64,000 bases of DNA, from NCBI GenBank assembly GCA_028278265.1, contig JANQET010000406.1, positions 3,171 through 67,170 on the forward strand, given 5' to 3'. Source of the stretch: Myxococcota bacterium. Its GTDB lineage: Bacteria; Myxococcota_A; Polyangia; JAAYKL01. A model generated the notes under the pieces. It was not told the DNA's origin. It saw nothing but the letters and a program-made list of their open reading frames with translations, and did not search any database. Position 1 is the first letter of the stretch. Every line of letters begins with the position of its first letter. A program made the translations under genes and the position numbers. Of the stretch, positions 26,861-36,406 are shown piece after piece.

Positions 26861-28009
26861 CTACCCGGAGCGCTGATCGATCGGCACGAACTTCTTGTCG
26901 AAGCCGCCGGTGTAATTGGAGGTGGGCCGAATCAGCCGGTTGTCTCTGAATTGTTCGATCACGTGAGCGGTCCAGCCGGCGGTGCGGGCCACGGAAAAGA
27001 TGCAGGTAAAGAACGATTTGGGGATGCCCAGGGCTTTTTGGGTGAGGGCTGAATAGAAATCCACATTCGGGCGCATCCGGGTCAGGGCGAGCACTTTTTG
27101 CTCGACCTTTTGGGCCAAATCGGGGAGGTGGGGCTGGCCCTCCTTTTCGTGCAGTCTCCCCACATGTTCTCGCAACAATGCGCTGCGGGGATCCTCGGTT
27201 CGATACACCCGGTGACCAAACCCGGAGACGCGAGTCTGGCCCGAGCCCATGCCTGCGATGTACGGGGTCAATTGCTGACCGAAGTCGATGTTTTCCAGCA
27301 TCTCGAGCACGCGGAGATTGGCGCCGCCGTGAAGGGGTCCTTTGAGACAGGCCAGCCCCGCCGAAATTGCCGAATGCATGCCGGCCAAGCTGCTCACCGT
27401 CACCCGCGCGGCAAAGGTCGAGGCGGTCAGACCGTGATCCGCCAGAAGCACCAGCAACGTATCAAACGCCCGTCGTTCGGTCTCGTCGGGCATCCGGCCG
27501 TGCAGCATGTACAAAAAATTTTCAGCCAAGCCCTTGCGTCGGTCCGGCGACAGAATCGGCTGACCCGAATGGATGCGGTGCAGGGTCGCCACGATGGTGG
27601 CCACCTGGGCGAGAATGCGGATCGCCTTGCGCATGTTGGCGTCCTCGGTGTTGACGCCCCCGTCCGGGTCGAACATGCCCATCGCCGAGACTGCGGTGCG
27701 CAGCACGACCATCGGATTGGCGCTCGGCGGTGTGACGCGCAACAGGTCGTGAACCTGACCGGGGAGCCTCATTTCGTTGATCAATCTCGACCTGAGCTCC
27801 TCGAGGGTCTCCTTTCCCGGGAGCGCCCCGTACCACAGCAGGTAAATCACCTCTTCGAACGACACATTTCCCGCCAGCTCGTCGACATTGTATCCGCGAA
27901 AAACGAGCCGTCCGTTTTGGCCGTCCACAAAGCAAATCTGGGTATCGGCGGCGACGACCCCCCGGAGGCCCCGGGTCGTCTCCCCCTTGGTGCCGTATGG
28001 TTCACTCAT
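26861..28009 (-). CDS. Citrate synthase / 2-methylcitrate synthase family
   Basis: GLRGVVA, ADHG, GPLHGGAN, GFGHRVY, DPR, PNVDFYS and RLIRP. Confidence 0.93.
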   Translation of the reverse strand: MSEPYGTKGETTRGLRGVVAADTQICFVDGQNGRLVFRGYNVDELAGNVSFEEVIYLLWYGALPGKETLEELRSRLINEMRLPGQVHDLLRVTPPSANPMVVLRTAVSAMGMFDPDGGVNTEDANMRKAIRILAQVATIVATLHRIHSGQPILSPDRRKGLAENFLYMLHGRMPDETERRAFDTLLVLLADHGLTASTFAARVTVSSLAGMHSAISAGLACLKGPLHGGANLRVLEMLENIDFGQQLTPYIAGMGSGQTRVSGFGHRVYRTEDPRSALLREHVGRLHEKEGQPHLPDLAQKVEQKVLALTRMRPNVDFYSALTQKALGIPKSFFTCIFSVARTAGWTAHVIEQFRDNRLIRPTSNYTGGFDKKFVPIDQRSG

Positions 28010-28279
28010 AAAAGCAACTCCTATCTCCACCTTCCGACAATTGTCGATATTGTAATGAGAATGTACCTGTTATCATATTGCAGCGCATAGTAGCAGAAAA
28101 TGCGCACAAACGCAGCGGCCGATCGTCGCGTAGGATGTGGACAGCAATCGGATGGCCCGAAGCCGCGGCGAAGGCAATTTTGACCACGCCGATACGACGT
28201 ACCGCCCCGTTCTTCATCGGTTGTCGGTGTATGGCCACGATGATATACTCCCACCATCAATTCACCGGGAAGGGCCGCG

Positions 28280-29518
28280 ATGTATATCACCTCTTTGACA
28301 CTAGAAAATTTTAGAACCTTCAAAGTAGCTGAAATCGAGTTTGTTCATCCCGATCGGGAGTGGAGTGATAACTGCAACATTCCCAAACCGCGGTACCCCA
28401 ACATCAACCTACTGTTGGGTGACAACGGCTCGGGCAAAACATCCCTGTTAAAAGCGGTGGCCCTCTCAGCGCTGGGCCCGTCCATCGAGGATTCCGGCAT
28501 TTTGCCCTATCGACTCATTCGTCGTTCCGCGACCTTCGACGCCAAAACCGATACCACCATCGCCCGAATCGAAGCGCGGTTCACGCCGCACGACCAAGAT
28601 AGTGTCCCGTCGGACATCCGGCAGATCGAATCGGCGATTAAAATTTCGAGGCGGGGAGATACGGAGCGTATGCGCTGGGATCATCCCGACGACAAGACGT
28701 GGCACCCGGTTTTCAGCTCAGATTCCGATGCGTTCTTTTTTGTGGGCTATGGTGCGACGCGGCGCGTCGAGAAGGGCGAAAACGTGGACATGGGCAGCCG
28801 AAGACAATCGGTGACCACACGCGCTCTGCGCGTCAGGAGCATCTTCGAGGAAGCCTATTCGCTCGTCCCGTTTACCGCCTGGCTACCCCGACTCGAAACC
28901 GAAAATCCAGGGCGTCACAAACAGGCCGTCGACCTCATCAGCAAGCTCCTCGGCGATGAGGCGATAGCGTTCACCGGCGAGCGGGAGCAGGGAGAATACG
29001 TCTTCGATCAACAGGGAATCAAGATCCCCTACCCAGCACTCTCGGACGGATATCGCGCGTTTCTGGGTTGGATAGGCGACCTACTCTACCATGTGTGCGA
29101 CACCTGCCCCAGCGGCAAAAAGCTCGTCGACAATCAAGGCATTGTGATGGTGGACGAAATCGATTTGCACTTGCACCCGCGATGGCAATTGAAGGTGCTG
29201 GGCTTGCTTTCGCAGACCCTGCCGAATATTCAATTCATTTTGACGTCCCATAGCCCGCTTCTCGTCGGCTCTTTGGAGTGGATGAACATCGTTGTGATGG
29301 ACAGCCAAAACGAGTCGAATCAGGCCGTGCGCATCAAAGAGGCGATCCGCGGACTGGACGCGGATCAGATTCTGCTAACCGAATTCTTTAAACTGGCCTC
29401 GACTCGCACCGGCGAAAAACGGGAGCAGTTGGCCCGTCTTACAGAGGCCGCACGTAAAGGTGATGCGGAGTCCGCACTGGAGTTGCTGCGCGAAATGAGC
29501 CGGGGTTTGGAGGAATAG
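28280..29518 (+). CDS. ABC-type AAA ATPase, Septu PtuA-like
   Basis: LENFRTF, Walker A GDNGSGKT, signature LSDGY, Walker B VMVDEIDLHLHPRWQ and TSHSP. Confidence 0.88.
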   Translation: MYITSLTLENFRTFKVAEIEFVHPDREWSDNCNIPKPRYPNINLLLGDNGSGKTSLLKAVALSALGPSIEDSGILPYRLIRRSATFDAKTDTTIARIEARFTPHDQDSVPSDIRQIESAIKISRRGDTERMRWDHPDDKTWHPVFSSDSDAFFFVGYGATRRVEKGENVDMGSRRQSVTTRALRVRSIFEEAYSLVPFTAWLPRLETENPGRHKQAVDLISKLLGDEAIAFTGEREQGEYVFDQQGIKIPYPALSDGYRAFLGWIGDLLYHVCDTCPSGKKLVDNQGIVMVDEIDLHLHPRWQLKVLGLLSQTLPNIQFILTSHSPLLVGSLEWMNIVVMDSQNESNQAVRIKEAIRGLDADQILLTEFFKLASTRTGEKREQLARLTEAARKGDAESALELLREMSRGLEE

Positions 29519-29519
29519 G

Positions 29520-30404
29520 GTGATCCGATATCCCATATCACAGGCTGATCTGGAGCAGCGGATCGAGGATTTCAAGCCGGGCTGGAAAGCGCGGGCCGAC
29601 GCGAGAACCACCACCTTCCGCAGCGAACACAAATACAGCGAGAAGAGCTCGATCTGGAGTGAGGTCAAGCCGGTCTACATGACCCTGCAAGGTGAGAGCA
29701 AGTGCGCCTATTGTGAGCGTAAAATGGAGTCCGTCGCGTCGGGCAAGGGCGAGCAGGACGTCGAGCACTTCCGCCCCAAAGGCAACATCAGCCCGTGGGT
29801 GCCGCCCGACAGCATCGATACCAACGCGATACGGATCACCCAAGTGCCGGCAGACGCCACAGGCTACTACCTGCTCCCCTACCACCTGTTCAACTACGCT
29901 GCCTCCTGCAAACCGTGCAACTCAAAGTACAAAGGTGACCGCTTTCCCATCGCCGGCAGGTATGATCAAGCCGGAGACGATCCGGACGCCCTGAGTGCCG
30001 AACAGCCCTATCTGATCTATCCGATTGGCGACATTGACGCAGATCCCGAAGACCTGATCAGCTTCAACGGCGTTTCCCCCTATGCCAGCGGGAGTGGAGC
30101 GCGCGCGATACATCGGGGATTGGTGACGATCGCCTTCTTCGGGCTCGATGACTTTGACCAGCGGAAAAATCTCTTGCTGGAGCGCGCCCGCGTCATCACG
30201 TTGCTCTACGACAAACTGGTTGCGAGTGACAGCGGTGATGCCGAAACTGCACAGCGGGCCGGGCAGTTCATCGCCGCACTGACCAACCCCAAGGCGCCGC
30301 ACACCAATTGTGCGCGAAGCTTCCTGAGGCTGTACCGGGCCGACAGGAACGAGGCCAAAGCGTTCAACGCCGCGGCGGAACAACTGCTCATCTCCAGTTC
30401 CTGA
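29520..30404 (+). CDS. HNH endonuclease, Septu PtuB-like
   Basis: KCAYCE, DVEHFRPK, SCKPCN...KG and IYP...DPE. It starts 1 nt after the ATPase stop. Confidence 0.85.
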   Translation: MIRYPISQADLEQRIEDFKPGWKARADARTTTFRSEHKYSEKSSIWSEVKPVYMTLQGESKCAYCERKMESVASGKGEQDVEHFRPKGNISPWVPPDSIDTNAIRITQVPADATGYYLLPYHLFNYAASCKPCNSKYKGDRFPIAGRYDQAGDDPDALSAEQPYLIYPIGDIDADPEDLISFNGVSPYASGSGARAIHRGLVTIAFFGLDDFDQRKNLLLERARVITLLYDKLVASDSGDAETAQRAGQFIAALTNPKAPHTNCARSFLRLYRADRNEAKAFNAAAEQLLISSS

Positions 30405-30432
30405 CGGCTCTCAAGTTATACTGGCGGTTGTT

Positions 30433-32040
30433 CTACTGACTACAATCGTAACTTTTGGAATAGCAGGCAGCATCGACACCACAGCACTTCTCGGTTTTCC
30501 CGTTGCAACAGGTGAAGTGACTCGAGGTGCCGCACTTTATCTCGTGACAGTCGCAGACGTCGTTGTTGGGAAAGATTCGCGCCGGCCCGGTCGAGGTCAG
30601 CTTGACGGTTTTTTGGGCACCGTTCAGGCTAAATGAACCGGATTGTTCGTACGATCCCGCAGCGAGTCGCAAAATACTCCCGTTCCAGGCGCCGTGTCCG
30701 CTCCATTTGTCGTAGAGGGTGTACCCTATCGGATCGCAACCGTGGTTTCCGTCACTGTTCGGGTTCACGTCAATCACGCTGGTGTAGTGCTTGAACCAGA
30801 TCGAATTGTCCAGACCATTGTTGTTGAGCAAAATGGCGTGCAGCTCGCCCTTATGCTGCCCGTATGCTTTGTCGGTGATGTCAGTGTAGTCCAGCCCCTC
30901 TGGTTCTTGATTGAATTCGGTCTCGTACTTGAACGGGTGTTGGCTGTTCGATGATCGCTTCATCAACCACCAGCTCCCCGATCCGGTGCGAAAAACATTG
31001 ATTGTCCCTTCGTTTTCCAAGACGTAGAAATACTCACCGTCAGCGGAAAAATCGCCCCCCTGGAGCCAGTTCCCATCGTCTACCCAAAACGGGTCGCCAT
31101 TGGCCTCGAGCAGATTGTGTTCCCAATGACCGAGCAGCTGAAGATTGACCGGAGCCCCGGCGTTCTGCACATCTGGCCACGATATTCGATACCGATGCAC
31201 TGTGTTGTGTTGATCATCTTTCGAAGAATAGATGAACCCATCGTTATCTACTGCGACCCACGGTGTCTTGCCCCCCTGGAAGTAATTCACCGATACCTGC
31301 GCCATGTGTTTCAGGTCGGAGGCTCGAAAAAAGGCCAACAGGGCGCTGTTGCTGCACCCCTCGATCGGGATCACCAAATACGTTTCGCCGTTGAATCGAA
31401 ATTCGTCCAAATCGCCGAAATGGTCGCAGCCCCATTGCTCCAGCAGAGGATAACTGTGATCTTGCAGCCGTCTCGTCGGATTGCACCAATTGTCATTTTC
31501 ATCGTCCAAGCTGCAGGTCAGCGGCACTCGCCAGAGCATATTGGTGCGGCCCAGAGGACTGCGCACATGGGTGTTCGTGAAGAACCAGTGCGCCCCATCG
31601 CTCGCCACGCCCTGAAGCCGATAATAGTACCACCCGGCCTCTTCGTCGTTCAGCGCGTTGCCCAAATAGTTGAACGATGCCTGAAACCCCTCGGAGACCG
31701 GACTCGTCCCCACCCTCGGGCTCACCGTAACCGACGCCTCTTGCGCCAACGCCAAATGCTGGTCTGTTCCGTCATCCCCATCGAGAATGTCAGGTAACGG
31801 GCGCGCCAGAGCCTGTGCCGGAGAGGATGCAGTTTGGCGATGTCCAGTTGCCATCGCCGGATTCTCAACCAACCGGGAATTGGATTGAGCAACCGGCGCT
31901 TCATAAAGTGCCGAGCCGCTCTCCCACTCCCTGGTCTCGCAGGCCAGTATACAACCGACCAGTAGCAATAACCCCCATGGCCTCAATCCCTCGCCAGTTC
32001 CAACCATCCACTCGAAATCAAGCCGCTTCATTTCATCCAT
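30433..32040 (-). CDS. Secreted/lipoprotein, beta-propeller-like with Cys-rich C-terminal tail
   Basis: Hydrophobic segment + ILAC, blade-like motifs (LQGVASDG, HFGDLD, PWVAVD, LQGGDFS, EPEGLD) and a C-terminal cluster of 9 Cys. Confidence 0.7.
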   Translation of the reverse strand: MDEMKRLDFEWMVGTGEGLRPWGLLLLVGCILACETREWESGSALYEAPVAQSNSRLVENPAMATGHRQTASSPAQALARPLPDILDGDDGTDQHLALAQEASVTVSPRVGTSPVSEGFQASFNYLGNALNDEEAGWYYYRLQGVASDGAHWFFTNTHVRSPLGRTNMLWRVPLTCSLDDENDNWCNPTRRLQDHSYPLLEQWGCDHFGDLDEFRFNGETYLVIPIEGCSNSALLAFFRASDLKHMAQVSVNYFQGGKTPWVAVDNDGFIYSSKDDQHNTVHRYRISWPDVQNAGAPVNLQLLGHWEHNLLEANGDPFWVDDGNWLQGGDFSADGEYFYVLENEGTINVFRTGSGSWWLMKRSSNSQHPFKYETEFNQEPEGLDYTDITDKAYGQHKGELHAILLNNNGLDNSIWFKHYTSVIDVNPNSDGNHGCDPIGYTLYDKWSGHGAWNGSILRLAAGSYEQSGSFSLNGAQKTVKLTSTGPARIFPNNDVCDCHEIKCGTSSHFTCCNGKTEKCCGVDAACYSKSYDCSQ

Positions 32041-32084
32041 GTCGCACTCCTGTACCGGTTCGCGCGTTCGCTAAGCCCCTATGT

Positions 32085-32100
32085 CGCAAGAGCCGTACCA
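32085..32100 (-). promoter_or_regulatory. sigma54 (-24/-12) promoter
   Basis: Minus-strand TGGTACG-GCTC-TTGCG about 45 bp upstream of the 32040 start. Confidence 0.6.
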
Positions 32101-32372
32101 AACACATTCGTCAACCTACCAAGGTCGTATCCCTTCGTAATATTTTCTTTATTCAGTAAAGTTCGGATGGAATGACATCTTCTGGGAGTGTAACCACTCA
32201 CCCCTCGCAGACTTGCTCATCAGTGCCGGAAACCCCGTGTTTACAGGTCTCAACGCCGATGCGGTCTGTTACCTGAGCAGAGGTTCCAGTTACGTCTCAT
32301 CAGACGACGGCAAAAGGGTTACAATATCGATTGAGCGGCGATCTGAAACCCACATCTCAAGGGAGCAACCCG

Positions 32373-33425
32373 ATGAACCATCGAACCATTGTCCTGCTGT
32401 CGCTGGCACTGCTCTTGGCGTGTACCGACGACACTTCGGTTGAGTGGCAGGCCGCCTATGATCTCAACCACGAGCTGTTCGTGTTCGACGCCCACTGTGA
32501 TTCGGCGTTAAACATCGTCGACCATGGGGCAGACCTGGGACAGCTGTTGGAGATGGGGCATGTGGATCTTCCCCGGATGATCTCGGGGGGGTTGAATGCC
32601 CAGGTGTTCGCCGCCTGGACCGCTCCTGATTACTGGCCCGATCACGCGACAGAGCGGGCCCGGGAGCTGCTCACCGGGGTGCGGCGGTTCGTCGACAGCT
32701 ACCCCCAGCAGATCGGTATCGCCCTTAGCGGAACGGAGGCGGAACAGCTCTTTGGGGCCGGCAAAATCGCCGTCTTCTTGGGTATCGAAGGGGGGCACGC
32801 CATCGAGGACAGCCTCGAGACCCTGCGCCAATTCCACGGTGAAGGGGTACGCATCATGACGTTGACCTGGATGACCAACACCAATTGGGCCGATGCCTCT
32901 GGGGACACACCAGTGCACGGAGGACTGACCGAATTCGGGGTCCAGGTGGTCCGGGAGATGAATCGCCTGGGCATGGTGGTGGACATTTCCCACGTTTCGG
33001 ACGACACGTTTTACGACACCTTAAAAGTGAGCAGCAAGCCTGTGGTCGCATCCCATTCCTGCGTCCGGTCCCTGCACGACCACCACCGCAACATGACCGA
33101 TGAGATGCTCCGCGCCCTGGCCCAGAACGGCGGTGTGATCGGCCTCAACTTCTTTCCGGATTACCTGGCGCCCCGCGGCGCGCCGGTCACCGTCGAGACC
33201 CTCGTCGACCACATCGATCACGCGGTCCGGGTGGCCGGCATTGACCACGTGGGGCTGGGCTCGGATTTCGACGGAGTGCCCGCCCTGCCCCTGGGTATCG
33301 AAGACGTCTCCGATCTGCCCGCGATCACCGAGGTGCTGATGGCTCGAAGCTACACCCGCGACGATATCGAAAAGATTTTGGGGGGCAATCTCCTCCGGGT
33401 TTTTAAAGCCGCATTGGACAATTAG
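32373..33425 (+). CDS. Membrane dipeptidase (M19) lipoprotein
   Basis: LLAC lipobox; DAHCD, GIEG, DISH, ASHS, HHRN and GLGSDFDG. Confidence 0.93.
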   Translation: MNHRTIVLLSLALLLACTDDTSVEWQAAYDLNHELFVFDAHCDSALNIVDHGADLGQLLEMGHVDLPRMISGGLNAQVFAAWTAPDYWPDHATERARELLTGVRRFVDSYPQQIGIALSGTEAEQLFGAGKIAVFLGIEGGHAIEDSLETLRQFHGEGVRIMTLTWMTNTNWADASGDTPVHGGLTEFGVQVVREMNRLGMVVDISHVSDDTFYDTLKVSSKPVVASHSCVRSLHDHHRNMTDEMLRALAQNGGVIGLNFFPDYLAPRGAPVTVETLVDHIDHAVRVAGIDHVGLGSDFDGVPALPLGIEDVSDLPAITEVLMARSYTRDDIEKILGGNLLRVFKAALDN

Positions 33426-33546
33426 ATCACGAGTCTGAGAAAAGATGGCACCATCACCTGCTGGGGTGACAATCGGGATGGACAATGCGACCCACCTGCC
33501 GTTAAGTAGTTCAATCAGTTTTTTATTGTCCAAAAGGAAATCGCCC

Positions 33547-34938
33547 ATGATGGTATTGACTCTACCGAGAAACAGGTTGCTTCCCACCATCACAATTTCT
33601 GCTTTCGCCGCCCTTCTTGCTGCAGCTTGCCAGTCCGGTCCGATTGAGCTCGCTCGGGAGGTTGACCATCCGGGAGACGTACTGTCGATGGGGGAGCGGA
33701 GTGAGCCTGTTAACCGTATCACTCGTACGCGGCTCGAGAAGTTGCTGCCCCGGCTGATGCGGGAGGCCGGGCTCGACATGTGGTTGGTGATCAACCGGGA
33801 GTACAACGAGGACCCGAGCTACTTGACCTTGGTCTCGGCGCCTTCGTTCTCGGCGGGGCGGTTGACTATACTGCTGTTTTTTGATCGGGGGGCCGAGCAG
33901 GGGGTGGAGCGGATCAATGTCGGCCGCAACAGCTTTGCCGGACTCTACGAATCGGGCTGGCAGGGCAATCGTCCCGAAGCGCAGTGGCAACGCCTGGCCG
34001 AGCTGGTCGAGGAGCGGAATCCCGAGCGCATCGGAATCAATGTCAGCCGCAACTGGGCCTTTGCCGACGGGCTCAGCGTATCACTCAAGGCGCAGCTCGA
34101 AGAGGCCCTCGGCCCGACCTTGGCCGGTCGGCTCACCAGCGCCGAGCAGTTGGTCATCCGCTGGTTGGAGACCCGAACGGCAGAAGAGCTGGCGATCTAT
34201 CCCGACATCGTCGCGCTGGCCCGCGAGGTGATCGCGGAGGCCTTTTCGGACCGGGTCATCACTCCCGGGAAAACGACCACCGACGACGTGGCCAACTATA
34301 TCGCCCAGCGCTTTGCCGATCTCAATTTACAGGTCTGGTTCTACCCCTGGGTCAGCGTGCAACACCCCGCCACCACCTGTGCCGCCGACACCCCGTTTTG
34401 CGGCGGCGACGGTCAGATCAATTCGGGGGATCTGCTGCACACGGATGTGGGCATCTGCTATCTCCGGCTGTGCACCGACACCCAGGAGATGGGGTACATC
34501 CTCCGCGGGGACGAGTCAGTAGTGCCGGCCGATCTCCGCGCGGCGCTGGCCAAGGGCAACCGGTGGCAGGATCTGCTCACCGACGAATTTCAAACCGGCC
34601 GTTCGGGCAACGAGATCCTCCTCGCCGGACAGGAGGCGATGGCGGCGGCCGGCATTTCCGGCAGCATCTATTCACACCCGTTGGGCATGTTCGGTCACGG
34701 CCCGGGCCCGCTGATCGGACTGTGGGATCGACAAGAGCCGATTCCCGGTCGCGGTGACTGGAGGCTCTACCCCAATACCGCCTATGCCATCGAGGGCAAC
34801 ATCAAGGTGGCCGTCCCGAGTTGGAGCGAGCAACTGGCCCAAATCAAGCTCGAGCAAAGCGCGATCTTCGACGGCGAACGGGTGCAATACCTGGCCGGCA
34901 GGCAAACCGAATGGCATGTGATCAGGGGAACAAGATAG
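33547..34938 (+). CDS. Xaa-Pro aminopeptidase-like (M24) lipoprotein
   Basis: LAAAC lipobox; REYNEDP, GDLLHTDVG...TDTQ, YSHPLG..GHG and AIE. Confidence 0.88.
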   Translation: MMVLTLPRNRLLPTITISAFAALLAAACQSGPIELAREVDHPGDVLSMGERSEPVNRITRTRLEKLLPRLMREAGLDMWLVINREYNEDPSYLTLVSAPSFSAGRLTILLFFDRGAEQGVERINVGRNSFAGLYESGWQGNRPEAQWQRLAELVEERNPERIGINVSRNWAFADGLSVSLKAQLEEALGPTLAGRLTSAEQLVIRWLETRTAEELAIYPDIVALAREVIAEAFSDRVITPGKTTTDDVANYIAQRFADLNLQVWFYPWVSVQHPATTCAADTPFCGGDGQINSGDLLHTDVGICYLRLCTDTQEMGYILRGDESVVPADLRAALAKGNRWQDLLTDEFQTGRSGNEILLAGQEAMAAAGISGSIYSHPLGMFGHGPGPLIGLWDRQEPIPGRGDWRLYPNTAYAIEGNIKVAVPSWSEQLAQIKLEQSAIFDGERVQYLAGRQTEWHVIRGTR

Positions 34939-34955
34939 GCGGGCCTACCGCCTTC
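34937..34955. terminator. Hairpin between convergent genes
   Basis: AGGCGG-GCCTA-CCGCCT. Confidence 0.4.
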
Positions 34956-36219
34956 TACGGCCAGGTCGAGCACGGCTCTTGCGCGCTCGACCCGGTCGGG
35001 TGACTTTTTTATACCCGCTGGGCAGGAAGGTGACGATTTTGGCGTAGCGGGGCTGCTCGCCGATGCGGGATTCATCGACCCAAAGGGTCTTTTTCTCCCG
35101 CACATCGAGATGGATAAAGGCGGAGTTGGGATAGTACCCCACCCCCACGTTGGCGAACTGCCGCACAAAGCGATAGACCTTGCGCCGCCCCACCCCACGC
35201 ACGCGAAAATCCAACGCCCGGCCCAGGGCGTGGGTCGATTCGTTCCCGCCTCCCCGCTTCCACCGCTTGCGCCTCTTTTTCTTGAACCGCTTGACCTTGC
35301 GATAGCCGGAGATGATTTCGATCGTGTGTCCGCTGAACTGATCGGCCACCAGCTGGATCAGCCGAACCAGTCGTTCGTCGAGCAGCACCGGCGGCTCGGT
35401 GATCCCGTCGCGACCGGCAAAGGTGCTGAGAATTCGCAGGGCATCCTCGTCGACTTCGTCTTGTTGGTTCATCAGCGACAGGGTGACCTGCTGGTTGTTG
35501 CGCAGGCGAACAAAGTGGATCGGGCGATGGGCGTGCACGTGCGCCGGAATTTGTCGCAGTTGACTGACCCCGGGAATGACGATGCGCTGGTTGGGCTGAA
35601 CCGGTCTCTTCACCGACAGTTGATTGGCCCGGGCGATTCTTCGGGCCAGCATCTTGTACGCTTTGGCGATGCTCCACAACGTCTGTCCCGGTTTGACCAC
35701 GTGCATCACCCCCTTTTTGGTCAACCAACCGCTGGAGACCCGGGCGGTCAGAATTTGAGGATGAAACACCGGATGGTGGTACCGGTCCTCGAGCGGGATG
35801 ACCACCGTTCGTCCGGGATAGAGCTGGGGGTACTCGACCAGATTGTTGGCCCGGGTCAATGCGGGAATCGAGACATCAAAGCTATCGGAGATCGAATAAA
35901 GGGTGTCCCCCTTTTTAATGGTGTAGAGGCGATTGGGACGATCACTGAGAAACGCCGGTATATTGAGTTGTTGACCGATGATCAACGGAGTTGACCTCTT
36001 CATGTTGTTGACCGCCAGGAGATCCCGTACCGAGACGCCGTAGAAATCGGCGACCTTCTTAACGGTGAGATTTTTTTCAACGACGATCTTCTTCCAGCGG
36101 GCCGTGTGTCCGATCACCGGAAGGGTGACCAGAACCGTTGCGACAATCAGGAACGCCACTCCCCCCGGACGGCTTTTGGGTGCCCCCGGCTGGTTTTCCA
36201 TCTTGTTCATGTAGTCCAT
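34945..36219 (-). CDS. LysM-repeat peptidase M15 (YcbK/DUF882-like) cell-wall hydrolase (start uncertain)
   Basis: Three LysM domains (YTIKKGDTLYSIS, HVVKPGQTLWSIA), ISGYR, HALGRALD and GVGYYP..FIHLDVR. Confidence 0.88.
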   Translation of the reverse strand: MDYMNKMENQPGAPKSRPGGVAFLIVATVLVTLPVIGHTARWKKIVVEKNLTVKKVADFYGVSVRDLLAVNNMKRSTPLIIGQQLNIPAFLSDRPNRLYTIKKGDTLYSISDSFDVSIPALTRANNLVEYPQLYPGRTVVIPLEDRYHHPVFHPQILTARVSSGWLTKKGVMHVVKPGQTLWSIAKAYKMLARRIARANQLSVKRPVQPNQRIVIPGVSQLRQIPAHVHAHRPIHFVRLRNNQQVTLSLMNQQDEVDEDALRILSTFAGRDGITEPPVLLDERLVRLIQLVADQFSGHTIEIISGYRKVKRFKKKRRKRWKRGGGNESTHALGRALDFRVRGVGRRKVYRFVRQFANVGVGYYPNSAFIHLDVREKKTLWVDESRIGEQPRYAKIVTFLPSGYKKVTRPGRARKSRARPGRRRR

Positions 36220-36350
36220 AACTAAACCCTCTCTTCCTTCAGGCAGAAGGGAAGGGGGCAATTCTCTTGCCAAAAAAATAATAGTGAGTGATTTCGGTCA
36301 GTTGCGCTAAATTACGTAAATACTGGACTCTTTTGACCCAAAAAAACGGC

Positions 36351-36385
36351 TGTGCCGCACACCGACGGAATGTGCCGCACACCGA
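36351..36385. repeat. 15 bp direct repeat, 20 bp period
   Basis: TGTGCCGCACACCGA at 36351 and 36371. Confidence 0.85.
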
Positions 36386-36406
36386 TTGAATCGTACAAGA
36401 CTACAT

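Noticed and set aside
21301..28090. Long plus-strand ORFs (21301-22530, 24511-26229, 27098-28090)
   Set aside because: They are antisense to well-supported genes in GC-rich DNA and show no motifs.
28030..28280. Retron msr/msd upstream of the Septu-like pair
   Set aside because: No reverse transcriptase is in the window, and I found no convincing a1/a2 inverted repeat.
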